A DNA stretch of 64,000 nt. It comes from Eubacteriales bacterium (GTDB lineage: Bacteria; Bacillota; Clostridia; Christensenellales; CALWSW01). The stretch is from assembly GCA_031553675.1 (NCBI GenBank), contig JAVBLF010000023.1:1437-65436 (forward strand), given 5' to 3'. Position 1 is the stretch's first letter, and each line of letters opens with the position of its first letter. Below the pieces are notes generated by a model. It had not been told where the DNA came from. It did not search any database and saw nothing but the letters and a program-made list of their open reading frames with translations. Below are positions 42,183 through 50,198 of the stretch, one piece after another. The translations under genes and the position numbers were made by a program.

Positions 42183-43724
42183 ATGCAAGAGGGATACAAA
42201 TCCATCGTCACTTTGGGGGAAGCGATTGCGATCACAGACGTCGTGGCCGTTGCGCGCTATGGTGCCGAAGTTGTCTTTTCGCAGGCCTATCGCGACCGCG
42301 TGACGGCATGCCGTGCGCTCGTCGAGAAGTTTTCGGAGGAGGAGCGCGCCTATTACGGCATCACGACGGGTTTGGGCGCGAATTGGAACAAAGTGGTCAG
42401 CGCAGAGGAGCGGGCCGCCTTTCAGCGAAACGTGATCCTCTCGCACGCCGCCGCTGTCGGCGAACCGTTGAATGAGGAGTGTGTGCGCGCCATGATGCTG
42501 ATCTTGGTGCAACACCTCGGCGGCGGGTACAGCGGTATCCGACTAGAAACGGTCGAGACGCTGCGGCAGATGCTCAACGCGGGCATTTATCCGCGCGTGC
42601 CGCGTCACGGTTCGGTCGGGTACATCGGCGTCGAAGGGCACATTGCGTCGGTGATGATCGGAGAAGGACAGGCCTGGTTCCGGGGCGAATTGCTCGACGG
42701 CCGGACGGCGCTCGCACGCGCCGGCATCGCGCCAACTGTGCTGGAAGCCAAAGAGGGCTTGAGCCTGATCTCAGGCACGACATCGGTGACGGCGCTGGCC
42801 GCCCTCGCCGCGCACGACGCGCGCACACTTGCCCTCAGCGCCGATGTTTCGGGTGCGATGGCGCTCGAAGTGCTGAAAGGGACGACCCGCGCGATGGACG
42901 CGCGGATCATGTCGGTGCGCCCGCATCCCAACCAGGCCGCCACCGCCGCGAACATCCGGAAGATCCTAGCCGAGAGCGAGATCCAAAAGCACTTCGACGA
43001 CTACCGCGTACAGGATGCGCTGTCGCTTCGCTGCATGCCGCAGCTCCACGGCGCTTCAAAGAAGTTGATCGCCGATGGGCTGGATACGCTCGCCATCGAG
43101 TTGAATTCGTCGGTGGACAACCCGCTCGTCTTCCCGACCGAGGACGGTGCCGGAATCGCACTCATGGGCTGCAACGCCGACGGGTCGTATGCCGGTACGG
43201 TGGCGGATACGCTCTGCATCGCGGTCGCCAACCTGGCGAAGATGTCCGAACGCAGGCTCGATCGAATGGTCAACCGCTATGTCAGCGAGCTGCCCGCTTT
43301 CTTGAGCAGCAATCCGGGCGTCAACATGGGCTACATGATCCAGCAGTACACGACGGCCGGCATCATGGGAGAGCTTCGCCTCATGGCCCATCCAGCGACG
43401 GTGGACAACAGCCCGACCTGTGCCTTCCAGGAAGACTACGTGTCGATGGGCTACAACGCGGCGCTCAAGGCGTATCACTGTGTGGAAGTCGCGAAGTACG
43501 TCTTTGCGACCGAGATCCTCTTTGCCTGCCAGGCGCAGGACTTCTACGAAGAACGCAAACCCGCTCCGGCGACGCGCGCGGTGTACGACTTGGTGCGCGC
43601 GCAGATTCCCTTCCTTGAGGACGATCGCGATGCGCACGGCGAGGTCGAATGGATCGCCGACGCGATCGTGGACGGCTCGCTGCTCGGCTGTGTCGAGGCA
43701 CAGGTCGGAACGCTCGCGTTTTAG
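42183..43724 (+). CDS. Aromatic-amino-acid/histidine ammonia-lyase-family protein lacking the Ala-Ser-Gly MIO triad
   Basis: YYGITTGLG, QRNVILSHAAAVGEPL and VPRHGSVG-YIG-VEGHIASVMIGEG align with the HAL blocks (GxNTGFG, QRNLxxSHAAGVG, GSVGASGDLAPLAH). The ASG triad is replaced by YIG (42621-42629). Confidence 0.75.
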   Translation: MQEGYKSIVTLGEAIAITDVVAVARYGAEVVFSQAYRDRVTACRALVEKFSEEERAYYGITTGLGANWNKVVSAEERAAFQRNVILSHAAAVGEPLNEECVRAMMLILVQHLGGGYSGIRLETVETLRQMLNAGIYPRVPRHGSVGYIGVEGHIASVMIGEGQAWFRGELLDGRTALARAGIAPTVLEAKEGLSLISGTTSVTALAALAAHDARTLALSADVSGAMALEVLKGTTRAMDARIMSVRPHPNQAATAANIRKILAESEIQKHFDDYRVQDALSLRCMPQLHGASKKLIADGLDTLAIELNSSVDNPLVFPTEDGAGIALMGCNADGSYAGTVADTLCIAVANLAKMSERRLDRMVNRYVSELPAFLSSNPGVNMGYMIQQYTTAGIMGELRLMAHPATVDNSPTCAFQEDYVSMGYNAALKAYHCVEVAKYVFATEILFACQAQDFYEERKPAPATRAVYDLVRAQIPFLEDDRDAHGEVEWIADAIVDGSLLGCVEAQVGTLAF

Positions 43725-43765
43725 TGGTCGAATCCCCATCCCGACTTCGCGCCTGGGCGGGAAAC

Positions 43766-43795
43766 AAAAAGGGAACCGGCATCGGTTCCCTTTTT
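43766..43795. terminator. Bidirectional terminator between convergent genes
   Basis: AAAAAGGGAACCG-GCAT-CGGTTCCCTTTTT. Confidence 0.85.
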
Positions 43796-43856
43796 GGCGG
43801 GATTGTGGTTGCTTGTACGTGACACGTTTTCCTCGAATGTGGGGCGGCGCGGGCCG

Positions 43857-44588
43857 TCAATCTTCCGAATCGTGTTCTTTTGTGCCGAGGTAGCTTTCCA
43901 TCAAGCCCTCTTCTTCGAGCAGTTCCTGTCCGGTGCCCTCCATTACGATTTCGCCGGTGGACAGCACGTAGGAGCGGTGCGCGATGTCGAGTGCGACGTA
44001 AGCGTTTTGCTCGACCATGATCATCGTGAGGCCGCGGGATTTGTTGATCTCGACCAACTTGTCGAACAGTTCGTCGATCACGATCGGCGCGAGGCCGAGC
44101 GAGGGTTCGTCGAGCAAGAGCAATTTCGGCCTTGCCAGCAGCGCGCGTCCGAGCGCCAGCATCTGCTGTTCGCCGCCCGAAAGACTGCCGCCGTGTTGTT
44201 TGATGCGCTCCTTGAGGCGCGGGAAAAGGCTGAACACCTCTTCCATGTCCTTTTGGATGCCGGCCTTGTCATTGCGGATGTAGGCGCCCGTCATCAGGTT
44301 TTCGTAGACAGTGAGGCCGGGAAAGATACGCCTGCCTTCCGGAACGAGCGAGATGCCCCGCTGAACGATTTTGTAGGACTCGGCAGGGAGGGCGTTGCCC
44401 TCGAAGCGAATCGTGCCCGACTGGGGCTTTTTGTCGCCCGTGATCGTCAGCATGAGCGTGCTTTTGCCGGCGCCGTTTGCGCCGATGATCGAGATGATCT
44501 CGCCCGCGTCGACGTGGATGCTCAGGTGGGAGAGCGCGCGGATGCCGCCATAGTAGACGTTGAGGTCCTGGATGTCGAGCAGCGGCAT
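43857..44588 (-). CDS. livF: Branched-chain-amino-acid-type ABC transporter ATP-binding protein (LivF-like)
   Basis: MPLLDIQDLNVYYGGIRALSHLSIHVDAGEIISIIGANGAGKSTL ... LSGGEQQMLALGRAL. Start at the Met that overlaps the livG stop. Confidence 0.85.
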   Translation of the reverse strand: MPLLDIQDLNVYYGGIRALSHLSIHVDAGEIISIIGANGAGKSTLMLTITGDKKPQSGTIRFEGNALPAESYKIVQRGISLVPEGRRIFPGLTVYENLMTGAYIRNDKAGIQKDMEEVFSLFPRLKERIKQHGGSLSGGEQQMLALGRALLARPKLLLLDEPSLGLAPIVIDELFDKLVEINKSRGLTMIMVEQNAYVALDIAHRSYVLSTGEIVMEGTGQELLEEEGLMESYLGTKEHDSED

Positions 44589-45547
44589 TATCGTCCCCTC
44601 CTCTTTTCGCCGAGATAGGCCTTGATGACTTCCGGGTCGGACTGGATCTCGGAGGGCGTTCCCTTTCGGAGCACCGATCCGAGCGTGATCACGTAGATCT
44701 CGTCGCTCAGGTTCATGATCACGTCCATGTGGTGTTCGATCAGGAGGATCGTGATGCCGAGCTTTTGGTGGATGCCGCGGATCAGCTTCACGAGTTCGCG
44801 GCACTCCTCGTTGTTCATGCCGGCGGCCGGTTCGTCGAGGAGCAAGAGGCGGGGGCGGGTGGCGATGGCGCGCGCGATCTCGAGGCGCCGCTGCTTGCCG
44901 TAGGGCAGGCTGGAGGCCGTCGCGTCGGCGGTATCGGCGATGCCGAGCTGTTCGAGGTACTCCATGGCGAGGGCTTCGTCGCTGCGGTCGCGCCGGTACT
45001 TTTCGGGGAGGCCCAGCATGGCGGTCAGAATGGAGTAGGGGGGTTCGGCCTGGATGCTGGTGAGTACGTTTTCGAGCACCGTCATCTTGGAGTAGAGGCG
45101 GATGTTTTGAAAGGTACGGCTCAGGCCCAGGCGGGCGATGGCGTCGGTGTTTTTGCCGCTGAGGTTGACAGAGGCGTTTTGGCTGCGAAGGAGGGCGATC
45201 TCCTTTTCGTAGCGGTCCATCTCGTCGCGGTAACGCTGCTGGTAGCGCTTCGTGAACTGCGCGTGCTTGGAAGCGTCCGCCGCCTCGTTCACCTGGCCGT
45301 GTTTGCGTTTGGGGGGGATGTACTTCTGCTCGATCGGCGCGGGCGGCTCGTAGCGGAAGAGGATCTCGCCCGAGGTCGCCGGTACCGCGCCCGTGATCAG
45401 GTTAAAGAGCGTCGTCTTTCCGGCGCCGTTCGGGCCGATGATCCCGATGATCTTGCCCTCGGGGACGGCGATGTTGACTTTGTTCGTCGCGACGAGGCCG
45501 CCGAATTTTACGGTCAAATCCTTGGTCTCAAGAATGTTTGCCGCCAT
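44588..45547 (-). CDS. livG: Branched-chain-amino-acid-type ABC transporter ATP-binding protein (LivG-like) with an internal insertion
   Basis: ILETKDLTVKFGGLVATNKVNIAVPEGKIIGIIGPNGAGKTTLFNLITG ... RTFQNIRLY ... LPYGKQRRLEIARA. About 58 extra charged residues lie between Walker A and the Q-loop. Confidence 0.85.
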   Translation of the reverse strand: MAANILETKDLTVKFGGLVATNKVNIAVPEGKIIGIIGPNGAGKTTLFNLITGAVPATSGEILFRYEPPAPIEQKYIPPKRKHGQVNEAADASKHAQFTKRYQQRYRDEMDRYEKEIALLRSQNASVNLSGKNTDAIARLGLSRTFQNIRLYSKMTVLENVLTSIQAEPPYSILTAMLGLPEKYRRDRSDEALAMEYLEQLGIADTADATASSLPYGKQRRLEIARAIATRPRLLLLDEPAAGMNNEECRELVKLIRGIHQKLGITILLIEHHMDVIMNLSDEIYVITLGSVLRKGTPSEIQSDPEVIKAYLGEKRRGR

Positions 45548-46460
45548 CGCGCTTCACCTCCTCCCCGTTCGTCGCGCCGGAAACGGCCGGTTTTTTCGCG
45601 CGGAGCTTGTCGACCCAGGCGCGCCCTTTGCGGAAGACGTCGAAGATCTCCATGTAGCCCATCAAGCCCTCGGGTTTGACGCGCATGATGATCACGACGA
45701 GCAGCCCGTAGATCACGAGGCGCCACTCGCCGATGAAGCGGAGCGCTTCGGGGAGGATCTTGAGCACGAAGGCTGACAGCACAGGGCCCGAAATCGAATT
45801 GATGCCGCCCGCGACGGCGATGATCAATTGCTCGGAGGATTGGTTTTGTGTGAACATGGTCGGCGCGATCAGCGTCATGTAGAAGGCGTAGAGTCCACCG
45901 CCGACGCCCGTGCAAAAGGCGTTGAACATGATCGAGATCAGCTTGATCCGCGACACCCGAACGCCCATGCCCTCGGCGGCGACTTCCTGCTCGCGGACGG
46001 CGCGGCAGTTTCGCCCATAGGCCGATCGAACGTAGCTGTTGAGCACGTAGATCAAAAATGCCAGGATGGCGAGCGCCACGAAGACGTTGGTGTTCTTGGG
46101 GATGTTCTTGATGCCCAGTGCGCCGTTGACGATTTCGTTTTTCGCGTTCGAGATGATGACCTTCACGGCGTTCGCAAAGCCGAGCATCGCGATCGCGAAG
46201 TGGTCGCCCGTCAGCTTGCTTCGGACGGTCGGGAAGCCGATGACCACCCCCGCGGCCATCGCGCCCAAGCCGCCGACGAAGAGCGCCAACAGATAAGGGA
46301 CGCCGAGGTAGCGGTTGACGATCGCCGACACGTAGGCGCCGATCATCATGAAGCCGACGTTGCCCATCGACAACAGGCCTGTGTAGCCTGTGAGGATGGC
46401 CAAGCCGAGCACCATCACGGCCGAGATGGCGCCGAGCGTAATCATACTGGATATGTACAT
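45528..46460 (-). CDS. livM: Branched-chain-amino-acid-type ABC permease (LivM-like)
   Basis: Polytopic. GYTGLLSMGNVGFMMIGAYV is typical of LivM. AAAGGTGG RBS. Confidence 0.8.
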   Translation of the reverse strand: MYISSMITLGAISAVMVLGLAILTGYTGLLSMGNVGFMMIGAYVSAIVNRYLGVPYLLALFVGGLGAMAAGVVIGFPTVRSKLTGDHFAIAMLGFANAVKVIISNAKNEIVNGALGIKNIPKNTNVFVALAILAFLIYVLNSYVRSAYGRNCRAVREQEVAAEGMGVRVSRIKLISIMFNAFCTGVGGGLYAFYMTLIAPTMFTQNQSSEQLIIAVAGGINSISGPVLSAFVLKILPEALRFIGEWRLVIYGLLVVIIMRVKPEGLMGYMEIFDVFRKGRAWVDKLRAKKPAVSGATNGEEVKRDGGKHS

Positions 46461-46475
46461 GCGCGCGCCACCTTT

Positions 46476-47396
46476 CTAAATTTTGTCCTTGACGATGCGC
46501 CCGATCAGGCCGCCCGGCATAAAGAGCAGCACGAGGATCAGCACGCCGTAGGAGAAGAGATCGCGGTAGACCGAGGAGATGAAGCCCGACACGAAGGTTT
46601 CGAGCAGCCCCAGCACGATCCCGCCGACGACGGCGCCCTGGATGTTGCCCAGGCCGCCGATGACGCTCGCGACGAAGGCCTTGAGCGCGGGGCTGGTGCC
46701 GACCGTCGGGTTGACGGCGTATTTCATGCCGCAGAACACGCCCGCGATGCCCGCCGTGATGCCCGAGATCACGAAGATCGTGATCGAGATCTTGTTGACA
46801 TTGATCCCCATGTTGCCGGCGATCGTCGTCGAGTAGGCGCTGGCGCGGATGCCGAGGCCGGTTTTGGTCTTGTTGATGAAAAAGTAGAGTATGATCAGGG
46901 CGGTGAGTGCGATGACGAGCGCGAAGATATCGAGCTTGCTGACGTTGACGCCGCCGAAATCAAAGGATTGCATGTTGAAGTCGCCCAGCTCGATCGAGCG
47001 CGCGTTGGCGCCGAGCGTGACGGTCGCTGTGTTGACGACCGCGAGATCGACGCCCATGCCGGTGATCATCAGAAACAGACGTGTAGCGCCCGCTTTTCGC
47101 ATGGGGCGATAGCCGAGGAGCTCGATCAGGAGCGACAGAGCCACGCCGACGATGATCGCCAGCGCCACGTTGACGAGCAAGCCGCCCGTCGCGCCCAGTC
47201 CCATGCTCTGCCCGAGGCGCCAGATGTTGTTCGCGTAGTAGCAGGTAAAGGCGCTCGCCATCATGACGCAGCCGAATGCAAAGTTCGAAAAGTCGAACAC
47301 GCTGTAGATCAGCGCGTACCCGACGGCGAGCAGGGCATAGATGCCGCCAATCGAGATGCCGGTGATCACCTGCTGAAGGAAAAAGTTCCAGTTCAT
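46476..47396 (-). CDS. livH: Branched-chain-amino-acid-type ABC permease (LivH-like)
   Basis: MNWNFFLQQVITGISIGGIYALLAVGYALIYS is the canonical LivH N-terminus. Start at an internal Met of ORF 46476..47444. Confidence 0.8.
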   Translation of the reverse strand: MNWNFFLQQVITGISIGGIYALLAVGYALIYSVFDFSNFAFGCVMMASAFTCYYANNIWRLGQSMGLGATGGLLVNVALAIIVGVALSLLIELLGYRPMRKAGATRLFLMITGMGVDLAVVNTATVTLGANARSIELGDFNMQSFDFGGVNVSKLDIFALVIALTALIILYFFINKTKTGLGIRASAYSTTIAGNMGINVNKISITIFVISGITAGIAGVFCGMKYAVNPTVGTSPALKAFVASVIGGLGNIQGAVVGGIVLGLLETFVSGFISSVYRDLFSYGVLILVLLFMPGGLIGRIVKDKI

Positions 47397-47497
47397 GCTT
47401 TGGACCTCCGTTTTTGTTTGTGCGAAGCCGCAGCGATACGCCACCAGCCCGGGGTTCGATCCGGGCTGGTGACGCGCGCGACGTCAAACGCGTGCGC

Positions 47498-48667
47498 TTA
47501 GGATGCCGGTACGAAGGTCTCGACCGTGACGAATTGGCTGCCGGTGATCTCGAGGATCGTGATCGGTTTGTTGAGCGGGTTGTGGGTGGCAGGGTCGATC
47601 GTCAGGTTGCAGGTAAAGACCGGAACGTCGGTCATGGTTTCAAGCGCTTCTTTGATCTTGACCGGGTCGGCGCTCTGCTGCTTTTCGATCGCGTATTCGA
47701 TCGCGAGGACCGCGTCGAGCGCGTAGTACGCGAAGACGTTGACCGACTGACCGGGGTGTTTTTTGGCAAACTCTTCGCGGTAGGCGGCGAACTGCGGATC
47801 GTCGTCGGCCATGGTGTTGGACATGATCGCGCCTTCGAGCTGCGGGCCGGCAAAGGAGAGGATGTCTTGGCTGAACCAGCCGTCGACGCCGAGGATCTGC
47901 TGGGTCATGCCGAGTTCTTTGGCCTGCTGCGCGATGAAGCCGGCGATCTTGTAGGTGCCGGTCGCGATCAGGATCGCTTCGGCGTCCGAGTTTTTAATGC
48001 TGGTGAGCGGCGCGCGGAATTCGGTATCCTGGTCGGTGAAACCTTCTTCCGCCGTGATCGTGCCGCCCAGGGCCTTAAACTGCTTGATGAAGTGCTGCTG
48101 GATGCCCTGGGTGTAGATGTTGGCGATGTCGCCGAGGACGGCGACCTTGCGGATGCCCATCTTCTCGTAGACGTAGTCGGCCAGCGCCTTGCCCTGGTAG
48201 GAGTCGATGAAGCACATGCGGAACATGTAGTTGTTGAGCGATCCGTCGTCGCGCACGGTGACCGATTCGTTCGATGCCGTCGTGACGATCATGGGCACTT
48301 TGGCCTTTTCGGTGTTGTCGACGGCGGCGATCGCCTGGTCGGACGATTCCGGACCGATGATCGCGACGACTTTGTCCTGTTCGATCAGGCGGTTGGTGGC
48401 GTTGACGGTCTCGGTCGTCGGGTCGAGGCCGATGTCGTAGGAGACGAGCTCGACCTTCTTGCCGAGCAGACCGCCCTTGTCGTTGAGCTCTTTGACGTGA
48501 TCCTCGAGCGCGAGAACCGCCGTCTGTCCGAGGTAGGCGTCGACGCCCGAGATGCAGCCGACAAAGCCGATCTTGATCGTGTCGCCTCCACCACCGCAGC
48601 CCGACAGAGGAAGCAGCGCGAACAAGAGCGCAAGCGTGAACGCCGTCATTTTTCGCAGATTACGCAT
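47498..48667 (-). CDS. Liv-type (type I PBP) ABC substrate-binding lipoprotein
   Basis: Lipobox LPLSGC, then IKIGFVGCISGVDAYLGQ ... VVAIIGPESS, a LivJ/K-like fold. GAGGAGG RBS. Confidence 0.8.
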   Translation of the reverse strand: MRNLRKMTAFTLALLFALLPLSGCGGGGDTIKIGFVGCISGVDAYLGQTAVLALEDHVKELNDKGGLLGKKVELVSYDIGLDPTTETVNATNRLIEQDKVVAIIGPESSDQAIAAVDNTEKAKVPMIVTTASNESVTVRDDGSLNNYMFRMCFIDSYQGKALADYVYEKMGIRKVAVLGDIANIYTQGIQQHFIKQFKALGGTITAEEGFTDQDTEFRAPLTSIKNSDAEAILIATGTYKIAGFIAQQAKELGMTQQILGVDGWFSQDILSFAGPQLEGAIMSNTMADDDPQFAAYREEFAKKHPGQSVNVFAYYALDAVLAIEYAIEKQQSADPVKIKEALETMTDVPVFTCNLTIDPATHNPLNKPITILEITGSQFVTVETFVPAS

Positions 48668-48777
48668 GGGATATTCCTCCTCATCGTTGTCGCTTCACAG
48701 AGCGGGCCGAACGCGCCCCGTCGACAGAGGCAGATGCCTGTGCAGACACGGCTTTTGCCGCCCTTATATACAGAATA

Positions 48778-49770
48778 TCACAGCTCCTGTACTTCGTATA
48801 CCGGAATCGGATCGCGCTGTAGGAAAGCCGTCATGCAGTGGATTGCGCCCGCTGCCACGCGGATGTTGTCCACCGTGACCTCGATGCATTCGACGCCCGC
48901 CGATTCGAGCAGGGCCTTTGTCTTGGGGCAGCCCTTGCACATGACGATCTTGCCCGGTTCAAGCGCGACGAAGTTGGCCGCGTAGATCACCTCTTCGACC
49001 GGCAGTTCGAGGATGCGGAAGCCGCGTTTTTTGAAGGTCAGGTAGACGTGTTCCGGCACGACGTCGAGGTTAAGCAGCACGACGTCGAGGTCGGCGACCG
49101 CGATCATGCCGTCGAGGTGGATGTCGTTGTGGGGGAGGTCGACGCGGATGATGTTCTTGACACCCTGGTTGCGCAGTTCATCTTCCATCTGGCGCACACC
49201 CGCTTCGTTGGAGCGCGTGCCTTTTCCGAGCAGGGCGGTTTCGCGGTCGATCCAGAGCAGGCAGGCGCCCTCGAAGGTTCCGGTGCCCGTGACGGTCTTG
49301 GCGATCGGCGCGCCGATCTTGCCGAGCTTCATGGTGGCAGCTTTGACTTCGGGGGAGCGCACTTTGACGCCCATGCGGTTGATGATCGGGCCGTTGGGCG
49401 AGCCGCTCACGATGTCGCGGCAGAAGATCATGTTGGGCGTATCGAGACGGACGTCTTCGGCATCGACAAGCACGACCTCGACGCCGTTGTCTTCGTAGAC
49501 TTTCTTGATGGCGTCAAATTCGACGCGCATGGCTTCCGGGTCGAGCGGGCCACAAAGGCTGTATTCGCGCGGGTCGCCCTGGAGGTCTTCGATCTCCTTG
49601 CCCGGGCGGTGCATCAGGACCTTGCGCAGCTTTCCGATCTCGCTGTCGACATACCAAGTGCCGCCCCACACCGAGGGCATATCTTCGGCAAAGCTCGATT
49701 TGTTGACCTGGTTTTTCTCGAGAAAGACGAGCTGGAGTTCCTTTTCGGACATGTTGCTGGCGTTCCGCAT
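48778..49770 (-). CDS. Guanidino-group-modifying enzyme superfamily protein (arginine deiminase / DDAH / amidinotransferase-like)
   Basis: 330 aa with FCRD, TFEGACLLWIDRETALLGKGTRSNEAG, HLDGM and a C-terminal AAGAIHCMT (candidate catalytic Cys). AGGAGG RBS 5 nt before the ATG. First gene of the Liv operon. Confidence 0.65.
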   Translation of the reverse strand: MRNASNMSEKELQLVFLEKNQVNKSSFAEDMPSVWGGTWYVDSEIGKLRKVLMHRPGKEIEDLQGDPREYSLCGPLDPEAMRVEFDAIKKVYEDNGVEVVLVDAEDVRLDTPNMIFCRDIVSGSPNGPIINRMGVKVRSPEVKAATMKLGKIGAPIAKTVTGTGTFEGACLLWIDRETALLGKGTRSNEAGVRQMEDELRNQGVKNIIRVDLPHNDIHLDGMIAVADLDVVLLNLDVVPEHVYLTFKKRGFRILELPVEEVIYAANFVALEPGKIVMCKGCPKTKALLESAGVECIEVTVDNIRVAAGAIHCMTAFLQRDPIPVYEVQEL

Positions 49771-50013
49771 AACTACCTCCTGAAAGTTGTGAAAGCCGCA
49801 TGCGCCGGAAAAGCGAGATCGCGTGTGAGGAAGTCGCGTCTACCATAACAGAAAGGGTCGCTCGATTCGTCACATGTGGAGGATCTCACTTGGCCGGCAA
49901 AGCAGAGGCTTGGGTTCCGAATGGCGATACTGCTGAAAATCTTGCTTCGGTCTGCGGTTCGTTGGCTTGGAAATGATGCATGAGAAGGGGATTCGGGTTG
50001 TTTTATACAAATC

Positions 50014-50042
50014 ATTATACACGAAGGATTCGGCAAAAACAA
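50014..50042 (-). promoter_or_regulatory. Promoter of the deiminase-like/Liv operon
   Basis: The reverse strand reads TTGTTT, a 17-nt spacer, then TGTATAAT (perfect extended -10). This leaves a leader of about 240 nt. Confidence 0.6.
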
Positions 50043-50111
50043 GCAGCAGGGAGAGGGATATGATGGAAAATATCACGAATTGCGGAAAAATGAACCGCTT
50101 CACACCGCGGA

Positions 50112-50140
50112 TTGACGCTGGTCGGCCCACATGATATCAT
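50112..50140 (+). promoter_or_regulatory. Promoter of the LacI-family gene
   Basis: TTGACG, a 17-nt spacer, then TATCAT. Confidence 0.55.
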
Positions 50141-50198
50141 GAATGCAAATTGTTCGATGGGCAATCGTCGCGATTCCATACAGAAGGGCTTGGATGAT

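Noticed and set aside
49895-49960. GGGTTCCGA on the + strand, reminiscent of the guanidine-I (ykkC) riboswitch core, attractive given the nearby guanidino-modifying enzyme
   Set aside because: It is on the wrong strand for the operon, and the other conserved ykkC blocks (GGTCCGAGAG, ACACGGCGGGA...CCCGGGAGA) are absent. A chance 8-mer.
50091-50102. TGAACCGCTTCA palindrome just upstream of the LacI-gene -35, as a possible LacI/CcpA-type operator
   Set aside because: It is only 12 bp with 5 of 6 symmetric pairs, shorter than the usual 14-16-bp LacI-family/cre sites, and there is no second copy near the divergent sugar genes. Too weak to call.
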